Positions 53,268 to 61,819 of a stretch of 64,000 nt of DNA are shown one piece after another. The DNA comes from a virus. Its lineage: Duplodnaviria; Caudoviricetes. How positions within the stretch are numbered: the stretch's first letter is position 1; the number at the start of each line of letters is the position of its first letter. The stretch is taken from IMG/VR virus record IMGVR_UViG_3300033066_001190, positions 32,001-96,000 of that record. One strand, written 5' to 3'. Position numbers and translations under genes: made by a program. The notes beneath the pieces were generated by a model. It did no database searches. It had not been told where the DNA came from and saw nothing but the letters and a program-made list of their open reading frames with translations.

Positions 53268-56200
53268 ATGGCTGCACATTGTATAAATATAAATAGTCCC
53301 GATTTTAAAAAATTGCTGGAAGAAACAGGTTTTAAATCTGAAATTCTATCTGCTAAAATATCTATTTGGCAAGACAAAGTGGGTAAAATAGATCAATTTC
53401 CAAGCAAGTATGAATTATTTAAGTTAGAAACAGATAAAGAAGAGGGTAAATTGCAATCTGAAATTTCTGACATTGTAAAAGAAATAGAGAATGCAGATAA
53501 AGAAACTATTGTAAAAACAGTAGATGAATATTTTACCATTATTTCAAACCACTTAAAAAACCTAAGAGAAAGAAAATCTTACTCTAGACTTAAAAAAATA
53601 CTAACTACTTCAGAAGGTATAAACAAATTAAGTACATTACAAGACATACTTTCTCAAGCTAAGAAGCTAGAAGAAACCATTGAAAATGATTCAAGAAAGA
53701 TAAGAGCTATTGCTAAATCAGTTGTGCAAATAAATCACTTAACAGATCTGGTATTAGAAGATGTAAAAGATATAGTTAAATCTAAAGATGATTCCGTAGA
53801 AAATCTCCAAGTACTGCAAAGTTATTTAAACGTTTTAAATGATTGGGATATATTGTTAGACCAAGCTAGTCAATCTTTTGCAATTGGAAATCCTCTAACA
53901 ACAAAAAAGGTTGGAGAAGTAAAATTAAAAATCAAGCAAATTGAAAACCTCATTTCTAAAAATGATGAATTAGGAATTATTAAAGTTTTACAAAAGGTAT
54001 TAATTCCTGCATCCGAAGATATTATGAAGTTTTTAGAGCAAGAATTATCTGCTCAAAAACAAAGATTGCAAAGAAATATAGATAGAAAAGCTGGTGATAG
54101 TACAATAAAATCAATAGAATCTTCTATAAAAGCAATAGAAACAAAAATGAAAGAGCTTGATTTTAACAATGCTCAAAACATTTTAGACTTCTTAAAAGGT
54201 AAAAGAGGGGATGCTACTGTTTTTAATACTTGGTTAGAATCATTTAGAGATTCTTCTGATCCTACCATAGCTGCTTTTGCAACATTTTTAAAAGAAAAAA
54301 CTGATGAAGTAGCTAACAAAGTTTACAAAACTGACCTACAATATCAAAAAGATTTAGCTCCTTACATAAAAGAATCTGAAAGACTTGATCCTTCTATACT
54401 AACTAAAAAAATAACTTTTGAGGATTTGATTTTACAAGATGGTGAACCCACCACTGTATTATCTTTACTAAATCCTTGGAAAAATTATAGATTGGATTAT
54501 GCTCAATATTCAGAAAATGAGCAATTAGCAAAACAAAAGTATTTGGAAACTAATTCAGAAGAAGATAGAAAAGAATATTTACAAAAGAAAAAAGAAAGAC
54601 AATCTTTTGAGCAAAATGTGTTATACACTGAATTTGTTCCAGAAGTGTATGAAAAATATAAACTTTTTGATGATGAAATAGGTCAAGAACTTAAAAAAGA
54701 GTCTGATGAAATATGGGAAAAAGTAAATGAAATAGATGAAGCTTATAAATTATTTGGCACTGAATTAACTTCAGAACAAGAGGAACAAAAAGAAGCTTTA
54801 TTGTTGCAATATAAAATGCTTGGTAATTTAAATAAACCTGATGGAACTCCTAAAACAGGTAAAGATTTAGAGAAAGCTAAAAGAATGCAAGAAGTAAGAG
54901 CATTAAATAGAAAATTTTATGAATGGAAAGACAACTTAACCCAATTTGAAAAAGCTAAAGAAAGACATTCTGAATATATTATTTCCAAAGGTATTCCTGA
55001 AGATTCAGATGAATATAAATTAGAAATGAAAAAATGGGAAGATGAAAACTCTAGATTTGTTATAAAGGATGAATTTTACAAAAAGAGAGATAGCATTGTA
55101 AGAGAAATAGCTATTTTAACTAAAAAGTTTAAAAATAGTGATATAGATGAAAATATATCAGAATTGTGGAAAACAATACAATCTATTACATATGGGTTAA
55201 GGGATGAAGACAATCAACCTATTGGAATCCTTATACAGGAAAAAGGAGCTGAAAGAATAAAAGCTGCTCAAGAAGCTATACAAGATCTACAAAATAAAGT
55301 AACTAAAATATCAGGACTGTCTTTTGACGAACAAGCTGAAATGAGTAGATTGTTTGAAAAAGCTAAAAACAGAGAGATTACTCCTGAAGAAAGAAATGAT
55401 TTAGATTATCTTGTGGATAAATCAAAAACTGAAGGGTTGTCTAAAACTCAAAAAGAAAGACTTTTTCAATTATTTCAAGAACTAAAAGATTTACAATCCA
55501 CTTTACCTACAGAATATTATGTACAGGCTTTTAATAACTTGTCTACTAAATATTCAGTGGTGTTATTGGAAACAGGGGAAGTTGTTGAATCTGATGGAGC
55601 AATTGTTCCAATATTGGAATCAAAAGTGCTATCTAAATTGTTATCAAATCCTGATTTTAAAGAATGGTTTGATCTAAATCACATTCAAGTAGAAAAATAC
55701 AATCCTGAAAAAGAAGCAAAAGAATTAAAATGGCAAAGAACTTACCAATGGAATAAAATTATTCCAAACAATCCTGATTATATAGAGGTTAAGCCTTCCT
55801 TAAAATACAGTTATAGGGAGATAAAACCCGAATACAAAACAGAAAGAATAGTTGGAAAAACTGTAGATAATAAAGGAAATTGGTTACCAAATCCAGATAA
55901 AAAGGGAAGTGCTGCATATAGAAATGAAAAGTATGAGCAATTAGTAAAAGGTAAGGATGATGAGTCTAAGAGATTGTCTAAAATATTAGACATTCATACA
56001 AAATACTTATTAGACACTCAAGAAAGTCTATCCAGAGTTAATAAACTTTACTTAGATGTTCCTAGAGAAGAAAGAGAATCATATGAGCAAAACATAGCTT
56101 TTTTAAAAGATTTTATGAAATCTCCTGGCTCTATACCTAAATTAATATGGGAAAGAATCAAAGAAAAGTATAACAAATTAACATCTTACAATGAATCTGA

Positions 56201-57818
56201 TGTAAGTTATGAATCACCTTTTGAAGGTAAATACGACAAAGATTTTATCAAAATACCTATGAAGTATATAGGTAAAATTGATTTAAATGAAGTTTCTTTA
56301 AATTTACAAAAAAGTATTTCTAGATATAATTATTCATCTGAATTAAACAAGCAATTGGTAGAAACACTTCCTGTAGCAAGAGCTTTAAATAGAGTTTTAG
56401 AAAATAATGATGTCCATAAACCTAATAAAAAGAAAAATCCTCATAGAAAGAATGCTATTCAAAAACTAATAATTAGGGAATTTGAGGGAAAAAAATCTAA
56501 TTTAGAACTAGAAAATCTAGGAGCTGGTAAAAAACCTGTAGCAGCAACAATAAATTTAATGAAATATTTAGCTGCGTGGTCAAGTATTAGGCTTAATATC
56601 CCTGCTGCTGTAACTAACGTTGTTAATGCTGTTGCTCAAAACTGGATAAATGCAGGTAATCACTTATATTCTAAATCTAGCTATGCATTATCTGAATTAA
56701 TTTATGCTACTAGATTTTTTCCAAATTGGCAAAGAGATTATTATGAAAACAAGTTAGGTAATTTATCAATAGAATCTCAATTAGTTGATGTTTGGCAACC
56801 TGTACAAGGAGAAACAATTGAAGAAAACATAGGAAAGAAGTTTTCTCAATCAAAAGCCTATGACACATTAGCAGCAAATTGGCTGTTTAATTTACGTAAT
56901 TGGGGGGAATTTTATGTTCAAACAAGAACATGGATTTCAGCTTTATACGAAACAAAAGTTAATTATGGACAAGATGTAATATCTTTAATAGATGCTTATG
57001 AACTTGATTCAGATGGTATTATTAAATTGAAAGATGGGGTAGATAAGTCATGGGAAGTTGATGGAGAAAAGTTTAATAGATTAAAAAACCAAATACAAGC
57101 TTTAAACCGTAAAATACATGGCAATTATGCAACTTTCGATAAAACTCAATTAGAAATGTATGCTTTAGGATCATTAGCAATGTTCTTAAAACGATTTTTT
57201 GTTTCTATGGCCGCTAATAGATTTGCTTTTGGTGGCAATATTCATGAAGGTAGGTTTGATATAAATTCAGGTATTCAATATGGATATTATACTCAAACCT
57301 TGTCAATAGCTATTAAACAATTACAAAATGGTTTAAAAGATTGGGATTTATTAACAACAGAGCAAAAAAGAGCTTTAACTAAAACAACAATGGAAGTAGC
57401 TGTCATATTAGGAGCATTAGCTTTAATGATGGCAATGGGTTATTCTGGAGATGATAAAAACAAAAAGAAAAAACTCATTAATTATTCATGGTTAGAGCTA
57501 CATGTTTTATATCAGTTAGATAGACTTTATATAGAGACTTCATCTTTTATAAGCCCTAAATCTTATTTTGATTATGTTCTCGATTTTCAAATAAAAAAAT
57601 CACTAGAAAAATGGTATAAACTGCTTACAGATATTATTTCTCAAAATGAATATGAATCCTCCCTTAAAAATACAAAGGGAGAATTCATATACAAAAAGGG
57701 AGATAAAAAATGGAAAACTCAATTAAAAAGAGCTACAGGAATACAGCAATTAATGATGTCTGAAAAAGATCCTGATATTTTGCTACAAAGTTATGATAGA
57801 AGTGTTAGAGGGAAATAA
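53268..57818 (+). CDS. Large ejection/cargo protein (crAss RNAP-associated)
   Basis: 1516 aa, helical; HGNY...K...G...M...F...RF motif; C-terminal hydrophobic helix. Confidence 0.6.
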   Translation: MAAHCININSPDFKKLLEETGFKSEILSAKISIWQDKVGKIDQFPSKYELFKLETDKEEGKLQSEISDIVKEIENADKETIVKTVDEYFTIISNHLKNLRERKSYSRLKKILTTSEGINKLSTLQDILSQAKKLEETIENDSRKIRAIAKSVVQINHLTDLVLEDVKDIVKSKDDSVENLQVLQSYLNVLNDWDILLDQASQSFAIGNPLTTKKVGEVKLKIKQIENLISKNDELGIIKVLQKVLIPASEDIMKFLEQELSAQKQRLQRNIDRKAGDSTIKSIESSIKAIETKMKELDFNNAQNILDFLKGKRGDATVFNTWLESFRDSSDPTIAAFATFLKEKTDEVANKVYKTDLQYQKDLAPYIKESERLDPSILTKKITFEDLILQDGEPTTVLSLLNPWKNYRLDYAQYSENEQLAKQKYLETNSEEDRKEYLQKKKERQSFEQNVLYTEFVPEVYEKYKLFDDEIGQELKKESDEIWEKVNEIDEAYKLFGTELTSEQEEQKEALLLQYKMLGNLNKPDGTPKTGKDLEKAKRMQEVRALNRKFYEWKDNLTQFEKAKERHSEYIISKGIPEDSDEYKLEMKKWEDENSRFVIKDEFYKKRDSIVREIAILTKKFKNSDIDENISELWKTIQSITYGLRDEDNQPIGILIQEKGAERIKAAQEAIQDLQNKVTKISGLSFDEQAEMSRLFEKAKNREITPEERNDLDYLVDKSKTEGLSKTQKERLFQLFQELKDLQSTLPTEYYVQAFNNLSTKYSVVLLETGEVVESDGAIVPILESKVLSKLLSNPDFKEWFDLNHIQVEKYNPEKEAKELKWQRTYQWNKIIPNNPDYIEVKPSLKYSYREIKPEYKTERIVGKTVDNKGNWLPNPDKKGSAAYRNEKYEQLVKGKDDESKRLSKILDIHTKYLLDTQESLSRVNKLYLDVPREERESYEQNIAFLKDFMKSPGSIPKLIWERIKEKYNKLTSYNESDVSYESPFEGKYDKDFIKIPMKYIGKIDLNEVSLNLQKSISRYNYSSELNKQLVETLPVARALNRVLENNDVHKPNKKKNPHRKNAIQKLIIREFEGKKSNLELENLGAGKKPVAATINLMKYLAAWSSIRLNIPAAVTNVVNAVAQNWINAGNHLYSKSSYALSELIYATRFFPNWQRDYYENKLGNLSIESQLVDVWQPVQGETIEENIGKKFSQSKAYDTLAANWLFNLRNWGEFYVQTRTWISALYETKVNYGQDVISLIDAYELDSDGIIKLKDGVDKSWEVDGEKFNRLKNQIQALNRKIHGNYATFDKTQLEMYALGSLAMFLKRFFVSMAANRFAFGGNIHEGRFDINSGIQYGYYTQTLSIAIKQLQNGLKDWDLLTTEQKRALTKTTMEVAVILGALALMMAMGYSGDDKNKKKKLINYSWLELHVLYQLDRLYIETSSFISPKSYFDYVLDFQIKKSLEKWYKLLTDIISQNEYESSLKNTKGEFIYKKGDKKWKTQLKRATGIQQLMMSEKDPDILLQSYDRSVRGK

Positions 57819-58029
57819 CCTCTTCTTCATCAAAGCAGTTAAACAACCATCCTAAAGTTTTGAACTCCTCTAATTCAATTTGGAGGAGTTCTTCTTTTTT
57901 AAGCCCTTCACCATAATATTTTCTACTACATTCAAAAGGAATCAATTTAGTGCATTCTTCATCCTTTTTCTGTAGCCATATTTGGAGGAGTTTTCCATTC
58001 TCCATACGTTTAAAATACTCAACTGTCAT
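57805..58029 (-). CDS. Hypothetical 74-aa protein
   Basis: ATG with A-rich leader; TATTTTTG -7 box at 58055-58048. Confidence 0.45.
   Translation of the reverse strand: MTVEYFKRMENGKLLQIWLQKKDEECTKLIPFECSRKYYGEGLKKEELLQIELEEFKTLGWLFNCFDEEEVISL
57862..57900 (+). terminator. Terminator of the cargo operon embedded in an antisense ORF
   Basis: GAACTCCTC-12 nt-GAGGAGTTC followed by TTCTTTTTT. Confidence 0.65.
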
Positions 58030-58078
58030 TTTTATTTATATTTGGTTCAAAAATAATGAAAAGATTTTTCATTTTATA

Positions 58079-58110
58079 CTTGTTTTTGTAAAATATTTGC
58101 CTTATAATTG
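58079..58110 (+). promoter_or_regulatory. Putative promoter (TTG-N20-TATAATTG)
   Basis: Matches the 2350 and 36219 elements; a canonical TATATTTG also lies at 58037-58044. Confidence 0.45.
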
Positions 58111-58138
58111 CCTTTATTAATTAACTAAATAAAAAGCA

Positions 58139-58345
58139 ATGCCAGAACAAACATTAGGAGAACAAAGGGTTAGAACAACTTTTAATCCTTCTCAAGTTGG
58201 AGTAGTAGACCAGCTCAAGCAAAAAACTGCTGAACTTATTAATATCTGCGAAGAATTAAAAGTTAAAGATGCAAGATTAGCAAGTTTAGCACAAACTTCA
58301 TTTGAAGAAGCTGCAATGTGGGCAGTAAAAGCAGCCACAGCTTAA
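58139..58345 (+). CDS. Acb2/Tad1-like helical hairpin (putative immune-signal sponge)
   Basis: R.ASLA.T..EEA.MWAVKA C-terminal signature. Confidence 0.7.
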   Translation: MPEQTLGEQRVRTTFNPSQVGVVDQLKQKTAELINICEELKVKDARLASLAQTSFEEAAMWAVKAATA

Positions 58346-58371
58346 TTTTAACAATTTTAAATCAAAAAGCA

Positions 58372-58527
58372 ATGTATCAAAAAACACGTTTTAGTTGCAT
58401 TTACAAAGCTGGTAATAGCTATCGCTTTCGTAAAATGGTAAATGGTAAAAGGATTAGTCGTAATTTTACTCGACTAAAAGAAGCTCTCACATTCAAAAAA
58501 GAAATGGAAGTAACATATGGAAAATAA
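58372..58527 (+). CDS. Small AP2/integrase-N-like DNA-binding protein
   Basis: IY....SYR.R..VNGKR....F....EA..F; shares the AAAAAGCAATG leader with the preceding gene. Confidence 0.55.
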   Translation: MYQKTRFSCIYKAGNSYRFRKMVNGKRISRNFTRLKEALTFKKEMEVTYGK

Positions 58528-58834
58528 AAAGGAAGAACCTGTAAATCATGTATTTAATCCAAATGTTAAGTTTGAACTAACTTTACAGGAATTGAGTCAA
58601 ATTCAACAAGTGTTAGAGCCACTAGCTTTTGCTGCCAGTATTTTAGATGCTGTAAAACAAAAAGTGGCTTCTATTCCAGGAAATATGTTCCCTGTTTATG
58701 AAAATGATTTAGTGAATGAACCTGGAGTAGGATTAACACTTCGTAAATCTTTTTGGGAAAAACATCTCCCAAAAGAACCCTCTAAATCATTAAATTTGGA
58801 AACAGTAGATCAACAAGTAGTACAAAATAATTAA
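58517..58834 (+). CDS. Hypothetical protein
   Basis: 105-aa ORF overlapping the upstream gene and ending before a terminator. Confidence 0.55.
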   Translation: MENKKEEPVNHVFNPNVKFELTLQELSQIQQVLEPLAFAASILDAVKQKVASIPGNMFPVYENDLVNEPGVGLTLRKSFWEKHLPKEPSKSLNLETVDQQVVQNN

Positions 58835-58838
58835 CATT

Positions 58839-58871
58839 AAAAAGGGAGGCTTAAAACCTCCCTTTTCTTTT
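58839..58871. terminator. Bidirectional terminator between convergent operons
   Basis: AAAAAGGGAGG-CTTAAAA-CCTCCCTTTTCTTTT. Confidence 0.9.
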
Positions 58872-59437
58872 TATACCCTTTCTAAAATAAACAATGTGTT
58901 TCTAAACCAATGACAATAATCTTGTATTAATGCTCTAGCTTCATTTGTTTCTTTTTCCATTAACTTAAACCCTCTGTATTCAAATAATGGTAATATTTCA
59001 TCATTATTTAAGCAATTAACATGTCCAAACCCTGCTTGACCTCTAACAGCCCAAGAAGTAATAAGATATTTATCACAATTTAAACATAAATTGTCTAGAT
59101 AAATATTCATATATTTAGCATCTATATGTTCCCCGACTTCTAACGAGAGTATATTACCTTTCTGACCTAGGTTAAAAGGAATAGTTAAATCTTGTTTTAA
59201 AATGGGGTCAAATACCTTGTTTTTAGGAGGATCTCCTTCAAACCCAATTAAATTATTAAATCCTGCATTTTTTAAATCTTTTAGATATGAACCCAAACCT
59301 GCGCCAAAGTCGTAAATAGGAGTGTTACCGCCTCTCTTTAGGAATGTACAAATCCATTCACTTAGTTCTTTGCTATGTACATGATGTAAATGTGCTGTTT
59401 CAGCATTCCAATAACCTGTTTCTGATATTTCTTTCAT
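58871..59437 (-). CDS. Class I SAM-dependent methyltransferase
   Basis: YDFGAGLG motif I, SLEVGEHI, GQ.G.GHVN. Confidence 0.85.
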   Translation of the reverse strand: MKEISETGYWNAETAHLHHVHSKELSEWICTFLKRGGNTPIYDFGAGLGSYLKDLKNAGFNNLIGFEGDPPKNKVFDPILKQDLTIPFNLGQKGNILSLEVGEHIDAKYMNIYLDNLCLNCDKYLITSWAVRGQAGFGHVNCLNNDEILPLFEYRGFKLMEKETNEARALIQDYCHWFRNTLFILERV

Positions 59438-59461
59438 TGTTGTTTTTTTTTTAATTAATAG

Positions 59462-60127
59462 TTATTTCTTTGTTGGGTTTTTATGACCAATGTGTTCACA
59501 AACACAATCTTTTAAAATTGCAGCTCTGTAATTAAACTTTTTAGTGTTTTCCATGCATTCTTTTTCTAAAGCTGCTCCAGATTTATAAATTTTAGCAAAC
59601 TCTGAAAATCCATTAGGGAACATTGTTTTATAATCTGATAGTCTCCTCAATCCTGGATTCCAAGAAAAACCATTCCAATCTTTTAAATGATTTTCCCGAA
59701 TAAGACTAAAATTAAATCCATTATTTAAACTAGCGTGTTCAAATTCCACATTATGTTCGACAAATGCTTCCATTCCTTTTCTTATCCAAACTTGATGAAT
59801 ATTGTTATAATATTCCAATATTTCAAAAGATTGTTTTAAAAACTCACTATTTCCACTGAATAACCAATCTTCTTCACAATGGAAAATATATTTAGTTTTT
59901 ACTTCAGAATACAACAAATCTATACTAGCAGCTTGTCCAACATTTTCTCCAGATATTACAGTGATAAATGGATATTTTTCCTGTATTTCTTTTACAACTT
60001 CTGGTTTTCCGCTATCTTCTCTTAACAACCAATCTGCAACAGGAAATGTATTTGTAGCTAAAAAGCTGTCAATTGTTTGAAAAAGTAGCTCATTTCTATT
60101 ACAAGCTGTTATACACATTGTTATCAT
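59462..60127 (-). CDS. GT-A (GT2-like) glycosyltransferase
   Basis: ITACNR..L, EDS, FHCEEDW, HIG. Confidence 0.8.
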   Translation of the reverse strand: MITMCITACNRNELLFQTIDSFLATNTFPVADWLLREDSGKPEVVKEIQEKYPFITVISGENVGQAASIDLLYSEVKTKYIFHCEEDWLFSGNSEFLKQSFEILEYYNNIHQVWIRKGMEAFVEHNVEFEHASLNNGFNFSLIRENHLKDWNGFSWNPGLRRLSDYKTMFPNGFSEFAKIYKSGAALEKECMENTKKFNYRAAILKDCVCEHIGHKNPTKK

Positions 60128-60819
60128 CTCACTTTAATTTTATTTGCTTTTAATTGATTGTAATAGTTTATTTGAACCTGATCAGAAAAAGCATAATGGA
60201 TTCCCCATCCCATTTTCTTATTAACACTACTCAATCTAGAGTTAAATAACTTATATCTACTCATTCCATATTCTAAACTTATCCATTTAAAATGTAACAG
60301 GTTTATTTGCTCTTTGTTATAAGTAGCTTTAGTTACGGGAATAGGGTTACAGCTATGTGCGCCAGGTTTATAATATATTTCTATAAATTCTGCTGGTTTA
60401 AAGCAACAGGTTTTAGAATATCCATGTGAGGGACATCCAGAATCAATTAAATCAACATTTCCATCTTCTCCACACATATCATAACCAAAAGATTTAATGA
60501 TGTTAAAATCAGCATTTTTAAGCTTTTCTTCTGTTACATCTAAGAATTCATCTGCATCAACAATAATAACCCAATCTGCATTAGAATTTTTCCAACATTT
60601 GTTTTTAATTTCAAGGTATAAATCATCCCTAATTGTATTACCACTATTATAAGAAATTACCTCACAATTATTGTTTTTAGCTATTTCCAGTGTACCATCT
60701 GTACTTTCATTATCATATACGGTGATTTTACAATCAGGAAATCTTTCTCTGTACCATTTTATGAAGTATGGTAGAATCACTTCTTCATTGTATGTAATTG
60801 TAAATATCTCTACTTTCAT
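60124..60819 (-). CDS. GT2-like glycosyltransferase
   Basis: YNEE..LP, YDN.STDGT, WV..VDADEFL. Confidence 0.85.
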   Translation of the reverse strand: MKVEIFTITYNEEVILPYFIKWYRERFPDCKITVYDNESTDGTLEIAKNNNCEVISYNSGNTIRDDLYLEIKNKCWKNSNADWVIIVDADEFLDVTEEKLKNADFNIIKSFGYDMCGEDGNVDLIDSGCPSHGYSKTCCFKPAEFIEIYYKPGAHSCNPIPVTKATYNKEQINLLHFKWISLEYGMSRYKLFNSRLSSVNKKMGWGIHYAFSDQVQINYYNQLKANKIKVR

Positions 60820-61259
60820 TCTTTTATTTTAAGTAATTTACAAATGTATTTAAATTCATTAATGCTAGGACAAAATCCTCTGTAGACGATATTAAGTCCT
60901 TCTGCAATATAAATTGCTTTTTTCTTTTCAAGCCATTGTAATCTATATCTTTCTTTTTCAAAATGTAACCCATAAGAAGAAGGTAAAGTGATATTTTTCC
61001 ATCCTTCATTCTCAATTTGCTCTTTTGTAAGAAATGGAGTTCTTAATTTATTGCTGTTAAGATAATGATGTATTCTATTGATTGCTATTGTTTTTCCAAT
61101 AATAGAATTTCCTTTATCAACAATAATAAAATGCCATTTTACATCTTTAATGGTTTTGTCTGTAGTTTGTTCATAAATCTCACACTCATACCCAATTCTA
61201 AGATCTTCTAAATCGGGTATAAAATATTTAGTAGTTTCCTGTGTTTGCATAATAATCAT
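60816..61259 (-). CDS. Hypothetical protein
   Basis: Overlapping ORF in the minus-strand operon. Confidence 0.5.
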   Translation of the reverse strand: MIIMQTQETTKYFIPDLEDLRIGYECEIYEQTTDKTIKDVKWHFIIVDKGNSIIGKTIAINRIHHYLNSNKLRTPFLTKEQIENEGWKNITLPSSYGLHFEKERYRLQWLEKKKAIYIAEGLNIVYRGFCPSINEFKYICKLLKIKE

Positions 61260-61509
61260 GTTTTAAATCCTGATGATATTTCTTAAAATCAGTTGTTTTT
61301 TCAACTATTATCTTATAGTCAAATGTATAACCTTCTTTAATTGCTCCATTTTTTAAGTCTTCTATAGTTGTAGAAGAAAATCTAGATCGAGCGCCATATT
61401 TATTATCAATATTTTGAAATTCTGATATTGGTAAATTTGTTACTACTTCATATACACTGATATTATAACCTAAATCAGATGTTTTAACAACATATTTATT
61501 TTTTTCCAT
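61228..61509 (-). CDS. Hypothetical protein
   Basis: 93-aa ORF with A-rich leader. Confidence 0.5.
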   Translation of the reverse strand: MEKNKYVVKTSDLGYNISVYEVVTNLPISEFQNIDNKYGARSRFSSTTIEDLKNGAIKEGYTFDYKIIVEKTTDFKKYHQDLKHDYYANTGNY

Positions 61510-61519
61510 TTATTTAATT

Positions 61520-61819
61520 TTATTGTTTCATTAAACTGTTACAAATTAAACAATTTGTATCTCCTTTACAACTACAATTTTCTCTTAGCCAATTATTGTG
61601 TTGTATATTTTGTAATTCTTGCCATAACATAACTTCAGCTAATGTTAACCATTGTGTTCCAGAATATTTGATTATTTTATCTTCTTCTTTCAGGTTTTCA
61701 ATTTCCTTCATGATACCATCGCTTATCTTTTCTTCTTTTATATACGGACAATTTTTGCAACCGTTATTGCAACATTTACCTCTTGAGAGCAAAAATTCTT
61801 TTGTTAATGGCTTAGACAA
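61520..61819 (-). CDS. DUF5522-like Cys-rich protein
   Basis: FLL.RGKCC.NGC.NCPY. Confidence 0.6.
   Translation of the reverse strand: MSKPLTKEFLLSRGKCCNNGCKNCPYIKEEKISDGIMKEIENLKEEDKIIKYSGTQWLTLAEVMLWQELQNIQHNNWLRENCSCKGDTNCLICNSLMKQ

Noticed and set aside
1378-56000. Short minus-strand ORFs nested in long + strand genes
   Set aside because: Shadow ORFs without motifs or leaders.
59441-59452. Poly-T tract as a phase-variation site
   Set aside because: Intergenic A-rich leader of the methyltransferase, normal for Bacteroidota.
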